From: Candidatus Moraniibacteriota bacterium
GTDB lineage: Bacteria; Patescibacteriota; Minisyncoccia; Moranbacterales; UBA1568
Assembly: GCA_037133435.1 (NCBI GenBank)
Contig: JBAXOD010000003.1
Location: forward strand, 9,502-73,501
DNA length: 64,000 bases
Direction: 5' to 3'
The stretch's first letter is position 1; each line of letters starts with the position of its first letter. Position numbers and translations under genes: made by a program. Under the pieces are notes generated by a model, which worked only from the letters and a program-made list of their open reading frames with translations, did no database searches and had not been told where the DNA came from. This document shows, one piece after another, positions 9,658 to 20,173 of the stretch.

Positions 9658-12600
9658 ATGTCATTCAAGAAAATAGATTCGAAATCCGATTTCCCGAAGA
9701 TGGAAGAAGAGATGCTCGCCTATTGGAAAGAGCATGACGTCTTTTCGAAGTCGGTCGGGAAGGAAGCGCCGAAGGGAGATTTCGTGTTCTATGAGGGTCC
9801 GCCGACGGCGAACGGTAAACCGGGGCTGCACCACGTGCTCGCTCGGGCGTTCAAGGACGCCATTCCGCGCTACAAGACGATGAAGGGATACCGGGTGCGA
9901 CGCAAGGCCGGGTGGGATACGCACGGATTGCCTGTCGAGCTGCAGGTGGAGAAGGCGCTCGGACTGCGGAGCAAGCAGGATATCGAGAACATCATCCCTG
10001 GTGATGCGCGTGCGAGCGTCGTCGAGTTCAACAAAAAGTGCAAGGAATCCGTCTGGGAATATCGGGATCTGTGGGAGAAACTCACGGAACGCATGGGGTA
10101 CTGGGTGGACATGGAATATCCGTATGTCACCTATGAGGACAGCTATATCGAGTCGGTCTGGTGGCAATTTTCCAAGATCGCGGAGCAAAAGGACAAGGAC
10201 GGGAACGAGCTCCTCTACCGGGGACACAAGGTCGTGCCGTACTGTTACCGGTGCGGGACGGCGCTTTCCTCGCACGAGGTGGCGCAGGGATATCAGACCG
10301 TGAAGGATAATTCGGCGTACGTGAAATTCAAAGTGAAGCCGGGACAGAGGATCGGCAATTTCGTTTCGGACGAAAAGACCTATCTCGTCGCCTGGACGAC
10401 GACGCCGTGGACGCTCCCCGGGAACGTGGCCTTGGCGGTGAGAGAGGACGCGGAGTACTCCATAGGGAAACAGGATAAACCCGCTCATCTTGAAGGCGAG
10501 GAGTTTTCTTCGATTCAGGATGATACGGTGATTCTTCTCACTGAAACGGCGAGAACGGTGATCGGTGATGAGAAGGAGCCCTTTATCGCAACGGAAAAGA
10601 TCACCGGCAAGGATTTGTCGGGCACGGAGTATGAACCGCTCTTCGCCACTTCGGAAGAGGACAACGGCAAGATGTATCGCGTCGTGTCCGACGAAGTGGA
10701 CGGTCTGCACTTCATTACGACCGATACGGGGACGGGCATCGTTCATATCGCGCCGGCGTTCGGCGAGGACGATGCGAACGTCGCGAAAGTGAGCGGTCTA
10801 CCGACCTTGCATACCGTGGACCTCGAAGGGAAAATGATGAGCGGGATTCCCGGAGCCGGTGTCGCGGTCAAGAAAAAGAACGACAAGAACAGGTATGTGG
10901 TCGATGAACTCGTCATCGCCGATCTGCGCGAACGCGGGATGCTGCTCAAGGAGGAAATCTATGAACACGAGTATCCGTTCTGTTGGCGGTGCGAGACGCC
11001 ATTGATATATTTCGCCAAGCCGTCGTGGTTCATCGCTATGAGTACGCTCCGTGACGAGCTTTCGGAAAATGCCGAGGCGATATCGTGGGTGCCGGAGCAT
11101 ATCAAGGAGGGGCGTTTCGGGGAGTGGCTCAAGAGCGCCAAGGATTGGGCGATTTCGCGTGATCGATATTGGGGGACGCCGATCCCGGTGTGGGAATGTG
11201 CCGAATGCGGACGTCGTACGGTCATCGATTCGAAAGCGAGACTCGAGGAACTTTCCGGGAAGAAACCGGAGGACCTGCACAAGCCGTATATCGACGAGGT
11301 GGAGTGGCCGTGTGAATGCGGGCAGGGGACATGCCGGCGGACGCCCGAAGTGCTCGACGTGTGGTTCGATTCCGGAGCGATGCCTTTGGCACAGTACGGA
11401 TATCCGGCAAGCGCGACCGACGAGGAGAAAGACCTGATCGGCGAAGGAAAATACTTCCCGGCGGATTATATCAGCGAGGCGATCGATCAGACCCGCGGGT
11501 GGTTCTATACGCTCCATGCGATCGCGACTTTGCTTCGCAAAGCCGGTGTCGTCGTGACGGGGAATGCGTATCGGAACGTCGTCTGTCTGGGACATATTCT
11601 CGATTCGAAGGGAAAGAAGATGTCCAAATCGATTGGGAATGTCGTTGATCCGTTCGAGATGTTCGGGAAATACGGGGCGGATGCGCTCCGGTGGTATCTC
11701 TATTCCATCAATCAGCCGGGATTGCCGAAACGCTTCGACGAGAAAGGTATGCGCGACGTGATGAACCGGATTTTCCGGATGTTGTGGAATTCATATTCGT
11801 TCTTCACGACATATGCGTCGATCGACGGGTGGGAACCCCCCCGCAACTCTTCGGGTAGTGAGGTGGGCGGGCCGAAAGAAGATATGAAGGTTTCGGAAAA
11901 TATCCTTGACCGGTGGATCTTGTCCGAGTTGCAGGTGCTGATCCGAGAAGTCGACGAATCGCTTTCATCATACGACCTGTATTTGCCGACCGCCAAGATC
12001 GAATCGTTCATCGACGAACTGTCGAACTGGTATATCCGACGCAACCGCAAGCGGTTCTGGAAAAACGAGAACGACGGCGACAAGGACTCGGCTTATGCGA
12101 CCCTCTACGAGGTGCTTGTCACGCTTTCGAAACTCATGGCTCCGTTCACCCCGTTCATCTCTGAGGAGATCTATCGGAACCTGACTGCGGGCGAGTCGGT
12201 GCATCTTGCCTTGTGGCCGGAAGCGGATGAAGGAAGGATCGACGAGAAATTGGGGACGAATATGGCGGCTGTCAGGGAAATCGTGTCTGTCGGTTTACAG
12301 AAAAGGGCGGATGCCGGAATCAAAGTAAGGCAGCCTCTCGCCTCGATTTCTCTCGGAATAAAATACGAGGAATTATTCGGCACGATTTTCGATGAGAAGA
12401 ATCAGGATTCTTTCGTGAATATCATAGTGGAGGAGTTGAACGTGAAAAAAGTCGAACTGAACATATTGCAGGCACTGCTGAATGCGAACGAAGATATCCT
12501 TTTGGATCTTGATATAACGAACCAGCTTGCGCTTGAGGGAGAGGCGCGGGAAATCATCCGGGCGATCCAGGAAGGGCGCAAGAAAGCCGGATTCGAAGTG

Positions 12601-12801
12601 AATGATCGGATTACGATCGGCATCATCGGCAAAGAGACGGTATTCGATGGTGATGCGGAAGTTTCCGGATTCGGGGAAGAGATCGCTCACGAGACGCTCG
12701 CGACCGAAGTCGTCCGCGGCGATATCGAGGACGCGGACTATCGCGAAATCGCGAAGATCGAAGGGGAGATATTTTCCTTCGCGCTGAAACGGAATGTATG
12801 A
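9658..12801 (+). CDS. ileS: Isoleucine--tRNA ligase (type 2-like)
   Basis: YEGPPTANGKPGLHHV, GWDTHGLP, WTTTPWTLP, DWAISRDRYWG, KMSKS. Confidence 0.97.
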   Translation: MSFKKIDSKSDFPKMEEEMLAYWKEHDVFSKSVGKEAPKGDFVFYEGPPTANGKPGLHHVLARAFKDAIPRYKTMKGYRVRRKAGWDTHGLPVELQVEKALGLRSKQDIENIIPGDARASVVEFNKKCKESVWEYRDLWEKLTERMGYWVDMEYPYVTYEDSYIESVWWQFSKIAEQKDKDGNELLYRGHKVVPYCYRCGTALSSHEVAQGYQTVKDNSAYVKFKVKPGQRIGNFVSDEKTYLVAWTTTPWTLPGNVALAVREDAEYSIGKQDKPAHLEGEEFSSIQDDTVILLTETARTVIGDEKEPFIATEKITGKDLSGTEYEPLFATSEEDNGKMYRVVSDEVDGLHFITTDTGTGIVHIAPAFGEDDANVAKVSGLPTLHTVDLEGKMMSGIPGAGVAVKKKNDKNRYVVDELVIADLRERGMLLKEEIYEHEYPFCWRCETPLIYFAKPSWFIAMSTLRDELSENAEAISWVPEHIKEGRFGEWLKSAKDWAISRDRYWGTPIPVWECAECGRRTVIDSKARLEELSGKKPEDLHKPYIDEVEWPCECGQGTCRRTPEVLDVWFDSGAMPLAQYGYPASATDEEKDLIGEGKYFPADYISEAIDQTRGWFYTLHAIATLLRKAGVVVTGNAYRNVVCLGHILDSKGKKMSKSIGNVVDPFEMFGKYGADALRWYLYSINQPGLPKRFDEKGMRDVMNRIFRMLWNSYSFFTTYASIDGWEPPRNSSGSEVGGPKEDMKVSENILDRWILSELQVLIREVDESLSSYDLYLPTAKIESFIDELSNWYIRRNRKRFWKNENDGDKDSAYATLYEVLVTLSKLMAPFTPFISEEIYRNLTAGESVHLALWPEADEGRIDEKLGTNMAAVREIVSVGLQKRADAGIKVRQPLASISLGIKYEELFGTIFDEKNQDSFVNIIVEELNVKKVELNILQALLNANEDILLDLDITNQLALEGEAREIIRAIQEGRKKAGFEVNDRITIGIIGKETVFDGDAEVSGFGEEIAHETLATEVVRGDIEDADYREIAKIEGEIFSFALKRNV

Positions 12802-13307
12802 GCAGGGTAATCATATTTTGTGGCTTACCAGGTTCGGGGAAGACGACTCTAGCATCCGAGGTTTCACGACGGATGAACATATTCTGTCTGCATAAGGATG
12901 CGATCAAGGAACGTTTGTATGGGTATCTGAACGGTACGAGTCTTGAGGATAGTCGAAGGATCGGATTTCATTCCATACGACTCCTCGTTGACCTGGCTGA
13001 TGACGCAATGAAGAACGGAACCGATATTATCATCGAGTCGACGTTCAATCATCCGGACAATGTCGAGCAATTCATAAAATGGGTGGCAGAAGGGCTGGAT
13101 GTAAGAGTAGTTGTGTGTCAGGTGGACGAAGAGGAACGTAAGCGGAGGTTCGTTAGTCGTCCTCGGCATGAGGCGTATCATGGCACGGAGAGAACCTTTT
13201 CAGAGGAGATATTTGATTACGGATTGATGACTGGAAAGAGTCTCGTGCTGGATACCGGAAGACCGCTTGCGGAAATCGTCGGGGAAGTGATGATATTTCT
13301 TTCGTGA
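12798..13307 (+). CDS. AAA_33-type P-loop kinase
   Basis: IFCGLPGSGKTT; IIIESTF; ATGA overlap with ileS. Confidence 0.8.
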   Translation: MSRVIIFCGLPGSGKTTLASEVSRRMNIFCLHKDAIKERLYGYLNGTSLEDSRRIGFHSIRLLVDLADDAMKNGTDIIIESTFNHPDNVEQFIKWVAEGLDVRVVVCQVDEEERKRRFVSRPRHEAYHGTERTFSEEIFDYGLMTGKSLVLDTGRPLAEIVGEVMIFLS

Positions 13308-13328
13308 TGTAATGTTCTTGCCACGCTC

Positions 13329-14045
13329 ATGGAACTCCGACTGACCGCTATCATTCTTCGCAAACGGGAGATAGGCGAGACCGATCGCCTGTATACTTTT
13401 TTCACGCGCGAGATGGGCAAAGTGCAGGCCAGGGCGGTGGGCGTCCGCAAGCCGACCGCCAAGCTCGCCGCCGCGCTTGAGACACTCACGCTCTCGGACG
13501 TGACGGTCGTGCGCGGTCGCGGTATCGGCAAGGTGGCGGGTGCGATCGCGGAGGAATCGTTTCCGGCGCTTCGGGGCGAATACGGCGTTCTTTCGACGGG
13601 GCTCGAAACGGCCGCGGTCTTCGATCGGCTTGTGGGGCTCGAACAGCCCGATCAGACGCTGTTTTTTATGTTGTCGGAGTACCTGTCGCTTTTGGACATG
13701 TTGGCCCGAACGGGACGATCGTCCGAGGTACTACTGCTGACCGAGGCATTTTTCGTGAAAACGCTCGACGAACTCGGATACAGGATAGAGGCGGATGCGT
13801 GTGCGGTATCGGGAATGGCGCTCAACCGGGGAAACCGGTGTCTCTTCAGTCCCGAAGCGGGCGGTATCGTCACGGAGGAACACGCGGGATCGGATGCCGT
13901 GCCGATCGGCGAGAACGCGGTGAAACTCATCCGCCTCTTTCTCGGTAACAGACTCCCGTCCATTCCCAAGATACGTGCCGGAGTCGGTGATCTCGCGGAA
14001 GTGTCCCGGATCCGGAAACTGTTCCTCGATCGGGTGGTCCGATGA
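13329..14045 (+). CDS. recO: DNA repair protein RecO
   Basis: AIILRKREIGETDRLYTFFTREMGKVQARAVGVRKPTAKL. Confidence 0.92.
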   Translation: MELRLTAIILRKREIGETDRLYTFFTREMGKVQARAVGVRKPTAKLAAALETLTLSDVTVVRGRGIGKVAGAIAEESFPALRGEYGVLSTGLETAAVFDRLVGLEQPDQTLFFMLSEYLSLLDMLARTGRSSEVLLLTEAFFVKTLDELGYRIEADACAVSGMALNRGNRCLFSPEAGGIVTEEHAGSDAVPIGENAVKLIRLFLGNRLPSIPKIRAGVGDLAEVSRIRKLFLDRVVR

Positions 14046-14107
14046 CGGGTACTCCGCTTCGGGGGGATTTTCTGGTATACTGAATATGGAAAATAAAACC
14101 TACCCAT

Positions 14108-16024
14108 ATGGCGTTGCAAGATCTGAACGAGGACCTTCATCAGCACGATTTCAAGAGCGACCGCGACATGCGGACGATATACGACCCGGGAGATACCCGG
14201 AAGGATAGGCTCGAGCAGGTCGATTTTCATGCGAAGAAGTGGGACGAGACGCAGATACCGGTCCGCAAGACCGTCATGCAGCGTTTTTTCGAGTTTTCGA
14301 CGAAACATTGGCGCTGGTATGTGGCCGGGATATTTCTCCTGACCGTCACCGGATTCATATTCAATTTCTCTTTTTTCGGCTCATTCCTGTTCTCGGGCGA
14401 CCGGGTCGCGGTCACGGTCGAAGGTCCGACCGAGGTGGCGAGCGGGGTCGTGGTTTCGTATACCGTTCATTGGGAGAATCGGAACATGCTCGGAGCCAGC
14501 AACGCGCAAGTCATGATCCAATTGCCGGACACGTTCCGGATGGATCCGTCGGAGGGTTTTTCGGTGAACGGAAATACGGCGACGGCTTCGGTCGGAACCA
14601 TTGGGAACTTCGGGTCCGGACAGCTGAAATTTTCCGGAAAATTCTACGGATCGAAAGGGGAACTCTCCTACCTGCATCCCAAAATCCGGTTCTCGCCGGC
14701 GGGTCTTTCGATCGTCTATGAGTCGGAAAGTCAGACCGGCGTCACGATCGCCTCGTCGCCGTTGTTTTTGGAGGTGGTCGGACCCTTGGAAGCCGCATCG
14801 GGCAACGATGTCACGTATGATATAACGTATCGCAACGACAGTGATGTGGCGTATTCGAATCTTCGTCTCGTGACCGAATATCCCGAAGGCTTCGAGTTCC
14901 GTGATGCCGATCCGCGTCCGATCGAGGGTGACAGTAAATGGCGGATCGGAAATCTGGCACCCGGTCAGAGCGGGAAAATCCAGGTACACGGGATATTGGG
15001 CGGGGACAGCAACCAAGGGAAGGTGATGTACGCGTCGATCGGTGTCCTGCAGGGGGATGGATCTTTCGTCACGTATGAGAAAAAGGAGCGGTTGATCCGT
15101 ATGGTCGTGAGTCCGCTCAGGATCGTCCAGAAGGTGAACGGAAAAGCCGATCTCTCCGCGAATCAGGGCGATTTGCTCGCGTATGAACTGACCTACAAGA
15201 ATCAGGGTGATGTCGGACTCCGGAACGTGATCGTCACGCTCGATGTGGATGCCACGCTACTCGACATGACGATGCTGCGGCTCAATAATCAGGGATCGTT
15301 CGATGTCGCGAAAAGCAGGATCACCTGGACCGCGGCCGATTTTCCGGGCTTGGCCTATCTCGGTCCGAACGAGGGCGGGACCATAACGTTCATGGTACCA
15401 GTAAAGGCGAATGTCGCGACGACCGGTCAGACGGGAAAATATCCCACGATCAAGACGACCGCGAAGATCGACAGTCCCGACGTGCCGTTTACGGCGGGAC
15501 AGAATAAGATCATCGTGAGCAGTTCGCTCGAAGTCCGCATCGGTTCGACCGTCGAATTTTCGGTGCTTGGGTTCAATACCGATACGGCGATACCGAATAC
15601 CGGCCCGATTCCGCCGAAAGTCGGTCAGGAGACGACCTACATGCTCCGTATCAGCGCGACGAATTATCTCAATGACCTCGCCGGAACGAAGGTGACGATG
15701 ACGTTGCCGACCGGTTCCCGATATACGGGGAAATTCCTGCCGGAGGATTCCTCTCTGGATTATAATGAGCGTACGAGACAGTTGATATGGGATATCGGAA
15801 GTCTGCCCGGGGGTGGTCGGGTTTCCCGCGACTTGTCGGTGCAGGTCGCCATCACGCCCGGACCGGATCAGATAAACCAGGCGCCGGAACTTCTGCAATC
15901 GGCGATTCTCGATGCGCGTGACACCTTCACCGACGGGGATATCCATCTCACGTTGCCCGGGAAGACGACGGATCTCAAGGAAGACAAAGGTATCCCATGG
16001 AACGGATATTCCGTCGTGCCATAA
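14108..16024 (+). CDS. Membrane-anchored protein with repeated Ig-like (DUF11-like) domains
   Basis: One TM helix near aa 70-90, then beta-rich repeats (GNDVTYDITYRN, GDLLAYELTYKN, W-x-IG-x-L). Confidence 0.75.
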   Translation: MALQDLNEDLHQHDFKSDRDMRTIYDPGDTRKDRLEQVDFHAKKWDETQIPVRKTVMQRFFEFSTKHWRWYVAGIFLLTVTGFIFNFSFFGSFLFSGDRVAVTVEGPTEVASGVVVSYTVHWENRNMLGASNAQVMIQLPDTFRMDPSEGFSVNGNTATASVGTIGNFGSGQLKFSGKFYGSKGELSYLHPKIRFSPAGLSIVYESESQTGVTIASSPLFLEVVGPLEAASGNDVTYDITYRNDSDVAYSNLRLVTEYPEGFEFRDADPRPIEGDSKWRIGNLAPGQSGKIQVHGILGGDSNQGKVMYASIGVLQGDGSFVTYEKKERLIRMVVSPLRIVQKVNGKADLSANQGDLLAYELTYKNQGDVGLRNVIVTLDVDATLLDMTMLRLNNQGSFDVAKSRITWTAADFPGLAYLGPNEGGTITFMVPVKANVATTGQTGKYPTIKTTAKIDSPDVPFTAGQNKIIVSSSLEVRIGSTVEFSVLGFNTDTAIPNTGPIPPKVGQETTYMLRISATNYLNDLAGTKVTMTLPTGSRYTGKFLPEDSSLDYNERTRQLIWDIGSLPGGGRVSRDLSVQVAITPGPDQINQAPELLQSAILDARDTFTDGDIHLTLPGKTTDLKEDKGIPWNGYSVVP

Positions 16025-16054
16025 AGAGTGATTGAGATTTGAACGGTAACCGAT

Positions 16055-17200
16055 ATGTTCACGATCGGGACGGACAACGGCCACGGCCGCACGGGCACGC
16101 TTCGGACGGGGTCGGGGAGGATTCCTACCCCGTTTTTCATGCCGGATGCGACACGCGCGGCGGTTCGCGGGACGACCGCGGCCGAAATCGCGCAATCCGG
16201 CATCGGGGCGATCGTCGTCAATACGTATCACCTCATGCTTCAGCCCGGGGCGATGCTCGTTCGCGATGCCGGCGGAATCCATCGGTTCATGGGGTGGGAG
16301 GGCCCCGTACTTTCCGATTCGGGAGGATATCAGATCTATTCGCTGATTCATCGGAATCCGGAAATGGGAAAGATCACCGAGGAGGGAGCCGAATTCAAGT
16401 CTGTACTCGACGGCTCGAAACACCTGCTGACACCCGAGCGGGCGATCGCGATCCAATTCGATCTCGGCGTGGATATGATGGTCGTCCTCGATGATCCGCG
16501 TCCGAACGACGTGCCGGAAACCGAAATTTCCGAGGCGGTCGAACGCACGATCCGTTGGGCGAAACGGAGCCGGGAGGAATTCGATCGGCAGATCGCGGCG
16601 CGTGGATTGTCCGACGAGTCCAGGCCGCTTCTCTTCGGGGTCGTGCAAGGCGGTATGTTTCCCGAGTTGCGGACCCGCTGTGCGGAAGGGCTTCGTGAGA
16701 TCGGTTTCGACGGATACGGGTTCGGTGGCCGTCACGTCGATGCGGAGGGGAATTTCCTCGAGGATATAGTGCGTCATACCGCGGCCGTCATTCCCGTAGA
16801 AAGCGTCCGATTCGCGCTCGGAGTGGGTACTCCCGAGGATATCGTCCGCTGTCATGCGCTCGGTTGGGATATGTTCGATTGCGTGATCCCGACGCGGGAA
16901 GGAAGACACGGGAGACTCTTTCTTCGGAAGAAAAAACTGACAACTGACAACTTACAACTGACGACGGGGGATTTTTACGAAACGATCAATATACACAATG
17001 AGCGGTTCACGGCGGATTTCACGCCGATCGATCCGGACTGCGATTGTCCGCTGTGTGCGAACCACACTGCCAGTTACCTGCATCACCTGTTCCGCGTGAA
17101 CGATCCGCTCGGCAGCCGGCTCGCGTCGACGCACAATCTCCGTTTCTACGCGCGACTTATGGAGCAACTGCATAAAGAAAAAGTGAAGACGGAAGAATAA
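16055..17200 (+). CDS. tgt: tRNA-guanine transglycosylase
   Basis: TPFFMP, NTYHL, DSGGYQ, GVVQGG, DMFDCVIPTR, CDCPLC zinc site. Confidence 0.96.
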   Translation: MFTIGTDNGHGRTGTLRTGSGRIPTPFFMPDATRAAVRGTTAAEIAQSGIGAIVVNTYHLMLQPGAMLVRDAGGIHRFMGWEGPVLSDSGGYQIYSLIHRNPEMGKITEEGAEFKSVLDGSKHLLTPERAIAIQFDLGVDMMVVLDDPRPNDVPETEISEAVERTIRWAKRSREEFDRQIAARGLSDESRPLLFGVVQGGMFPELRTRCAEGLREIGFDGYGFGGRHVDAEGNFLEDIVRHTAAVIPVESVRFALGVGTPEDIVRCHALGWDMFDCVIPTREGRHGRLFLRKKKLTTDNLQLTTGDFYETINIHNERFTADFTPIDPDCDCPLCANHTASYLHHLFRVNDPLGSRLASTHNLRFYARLMEQLHKEKVKTEE

Positions 17201-17313
17201 ATGACGTTCCGTATCGTTCGGTTTAAGATGATTTGTTGTCAGTTGCCCGCTCGCGATGACGAGCAGGTCCGCCACGGGGATGACGCGGATAAGTCGTAAG
17301 TCATGCGAATCAT

Positions 17314-20046
17314 ATGAATGAGGAAAAACCGTTTTATCAATTGTCCGCCATGGAGGCGCTCGCCCGGTTGAAGACCTCCGCGAACGGACTGTCCGGAGCC
17401 GAGGCCGCCACACGGCAGAAACTGTACGGAAAGAACGCCATCGAGATAAAGCGTCGTTTCGTCGTGACGAAGCTCTTCGTCAAGCAGTTCAACGACGTAT
17501 TCGTGTGGATACTGGCGGTGGCCGGTGTGGCGGCGCTCGCGCTCGGCGAGTCGCGGGACGCGAACATTATCGCGATAATCATCCTTACCAACGCGGCGAT
17601 CGGGTTCTTCCAGGAATTCAAGGCGGAACGGATCATCGAGAAGCTCGCGACGTTCATCGCCGATACCGCGACCGTCATCCGCGACGGCGAGAAGCACGAG
17701 ATTCCGGTTGCGGACCTCGTTCCAGGCGATGTCGTGTTCCTCGATGCCGGATCGAGCATACCGGCGGATGCCGCCGTGCTCGAGGCGTACAACTTCAAGG
17801 TGAACAGTTTCATCTTCACCGGGGAATCGGTGCCGGAGAAACGCTTTTCCGGCGCGATGACGGGGATAGTCGCCAAAAGTGACATCAACAATCTCGTCTT
17901 CATGGGAGAATCGGTCGCGTCCGGCGAGGCTCGGGTCGTGATCTTCGCTACCGGCATCTCGACCGGACTCGGCCATATGGCCGAACTCACGCACGGGATA
18001 AAGGACATTCAGACGCCGTTGCAGAAGAAGATGGAGCGGTTCGGTCGCAGCGTGGCATTTCTCTCGATCTCGATCGGCGGCATCGTCGTCATAATCGGTC
18101 ATTATCAGCATATCCCGCTCTATCAGTCATTACTTCTCGCTTTGGCGCTTTCGGTGTCGGTGGTGCCGGAAGGATTGCCCGCGGCGCTCTCGGTCGCGTT
18201 CGCGCTCGGGATGAAACGTCTCCTGTCGAAGAACGTCCTCGCGAAGAAACTCTCGGCCGTGGAAACGCTCGGGTCGGTGTCGTTCGTGTGTACCGACAAG
18301 ACGGGTACGATCACCAAGAACGAATTGTCGGTATTGAAGATCATCCTCGGAACCGGGGAGTATGACCTGTCCGGAGCGGGATATGAACCCAAGGGCGATT
18401 TTTCACTCGATGGAAAGCTGGTGAACCCGTCCGGTATTCCGGGGGCGGAAATGTTGTTCCGCATCTGCACGCTTTGCAACGATTCGGCGCTGTCGAAAGA
18501 GGACGGGCGGTACAAGGTGACGGGCGACCCGACCGAAGGGGCGCTCATCGTCGCGGCACGGAAGTACAATTCCCGCCCCGACTTTTTCGAGATCGGCTAT
18601 CGGAAGGTCGCGGAGAACCCGTTCGAGTCGGAACGGCGTCGGATGAGCGTGGTGTATGAAAACGACGAGACGCGGTCGTATGTGAAGGGATCTCCCGAGA
18701 GTCTCTTGGACCTTTCGACAGAGTGGATCGAGAACGGCGTGCAAAAGCCGCTCACGGAAGAGGATAAGGCCCGACTCCGCGCGATCTATGAAGACCTGTC
18801 CTCGCAGGCGCTCCGGGTGCTCGGATTCGCCTATCGGGATCTCAACGGTATCTCACCGAACGCATACCCCGAGGAATCCGAACGGAATCTCGTTTGGGTC
18901 GGTATGACCGCGATGATCGATCCGCCGCGCGAGGGGATACGTGAGGCGATCGCGGAATGTCGGCTTCTCGGCGTGTCGGTCGTGATGGTGACGGGGGACT
19001 ACGAGACGACGGCCAAGGCGATCGCGAAGAAAGCAGGGTTTTTCGCGGAGGGGTCGGAAGCGATTTCCGTCAACGGGACCATATTCGACGCGCTTTCCGA
19101 TGATGCGATCCTTGCAGCCGCGAAAAAAGGCGCCGTGTTCGCGAGAATCGCGCCCGAGCAGAAGCTGCGGCTCGCGACGGTACTGCAAACTGGCGGTGAG
19201 GTGGTCGCGATGACGGGGGATGGTGTGAACGATGCTTTGGCTCTCAAGAAGGCCGATATCGGCGTCGCGATGGGCATCACCGGGACCGACGTGTCCAAGG
19301 ATGCCGCGGACATGATCCTTCTCGATGATCATTTCGCGTCCATCGTACGTGCCATACGGGAGGGGCGTCGGATCTTCGAGAACCTGCGCAAATTCACGCA
19401 TTACGTTTTCACCTCGAACGCGAGTGAGCTCTTTTCAGTACTGCTCGGGTTCCTCTTGCATATCCCGTCGCCGATCTCCGCGGTACAGATCCTCGCGATC
19501 GATCTGGCGACGGACGTTTTCCCGTCCTTCGCGCTCGGTGTGGAACCCGAGGAACCGGACTCGAAGAGTCACTCTTCTCCGGCGATGGGACGCAAGATCA
19601 TGGACGGGCGCGGCGTGATAAGGCTGCTCTCCATCGGGGCGATCATGGCGATCGGTGGCGTGACCGCGTTTCTCTTGGTGCTTGCCCGCGAAGGGTGGGC
19701 GTACGGCGACGATCTCGATCCGGTGAGTCTGCTCTATCGGCATGCGACGACCGCGACGTATGTGACGCTCGCCCTGACCCAGATGGCGAACCTGCTGCAG
19801 TCGCGGAGCGAGTCGCGTTCGTTCTTCAAGATGCCGTTTTTCTCGAACCCGATGGTCTTTATCGGTATGGGAATATCCATCATGATGCTGTTCCTGTTCA
19901 CGCAGGTGACATTTTTCCAGGACGCGCTCGGCATGGCACCGATCGAACGGATCGACTGGGCGGTGGCATGGTGCTTTACCGCACTCGTCTTCTTCTACGA
20001 GGAATCCCGCAAGCGCGGCGTTCGGAAAGCGACGGAGAATGCCTGA
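17314..20046 (+). CDS. Cation-transporting P-type ATPase (type II, Ca2+-like)
   Basis: TGES, VPEGL, DKTGT, KGSPE, TGDGVND motifs; many TM helices. Confidence 0.95.
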   Translation: MNEEKPFYQLSAMEALARLKTSANGLSGAEAATRQKLYGKNAIEIKRRFVVTKLFVKQFNDVFVWILAVAGVAALALGESRDANIIAIIILTNAAIGFFQEFKAERIIEKLATFIADTATVIRDGEKHEIPVADLVPGDVVFLDAGSSIPADAAVLEAYNFKVNSFIFTGESVPEKRFSGAMTGIVAKSDINNLVFMGESVASGEARVVIFATGISTGLGHMAELTHGIKDIQTPLQKKMERFGRSVAFLSISIGGIVVIIGHYQHIPLYQSLLLALALSVSVVPEGLPAALSVAFALGMKRLLSKNVLAKKLSAVETLGSVSFVCTDKTGTITKNELSVLKIILGTGEYDLSGAGYEPKGDFSLDGKLVNPSGIPGAEMLFRICTLCNDSALSKEDGRYKVTGDPTEGALIVAARKYNSRPDFFEIGYRKVAENPFESERRRMSVVYENDETRSYVKGSPESLLDLSTEWIENGVQKPLTEEDKARLRAIYEDLSSQALRVLGFAYRDLNGISPNAYPEESERNLVWVGMTAMIDPPREGIREAIAECRLLGVSVVMVTGDYETTAKAIAKKAGFFAEGSEAISVNGTIFDALSDDAILAAAKKGAVFARIAPEQKLRLATVLQTGGEVVAMTGDGVNDALALKKADIGVAMGITGTDVSKDAADMILLDDHFASIVRAIREGRRIFENLRKFTHYVFTSNASELFSVLLGFLLHIPSPISAVQILAIDLATDVFPSFALGVEPEEPDSKSHSSPAMGRKIMDGRGVIRLLSIGAIMAIGGVTAFLLVLAREGWAYGDDLDPVSLLYRHATTATYVTLALTQMANLLQSRSESRSFFKMPFFSNPMVFIGMGISIMMLFLFTQVTFFQDALGMAPIERIDWAVAWCFTALVFFYEESRKRGVRKATENA

Positions 20047-20173
20047 GAAACGAAGTATTCGAATATTTTCTTCCGGCCAGGGATGCTGCTTGCATACCCC
20101 GGGCTTTTCTGGTAGATTCCGAGGTTGGCATATTTCAGATATTCTTTATCAATCCATAAAAAGGACGGCATAC

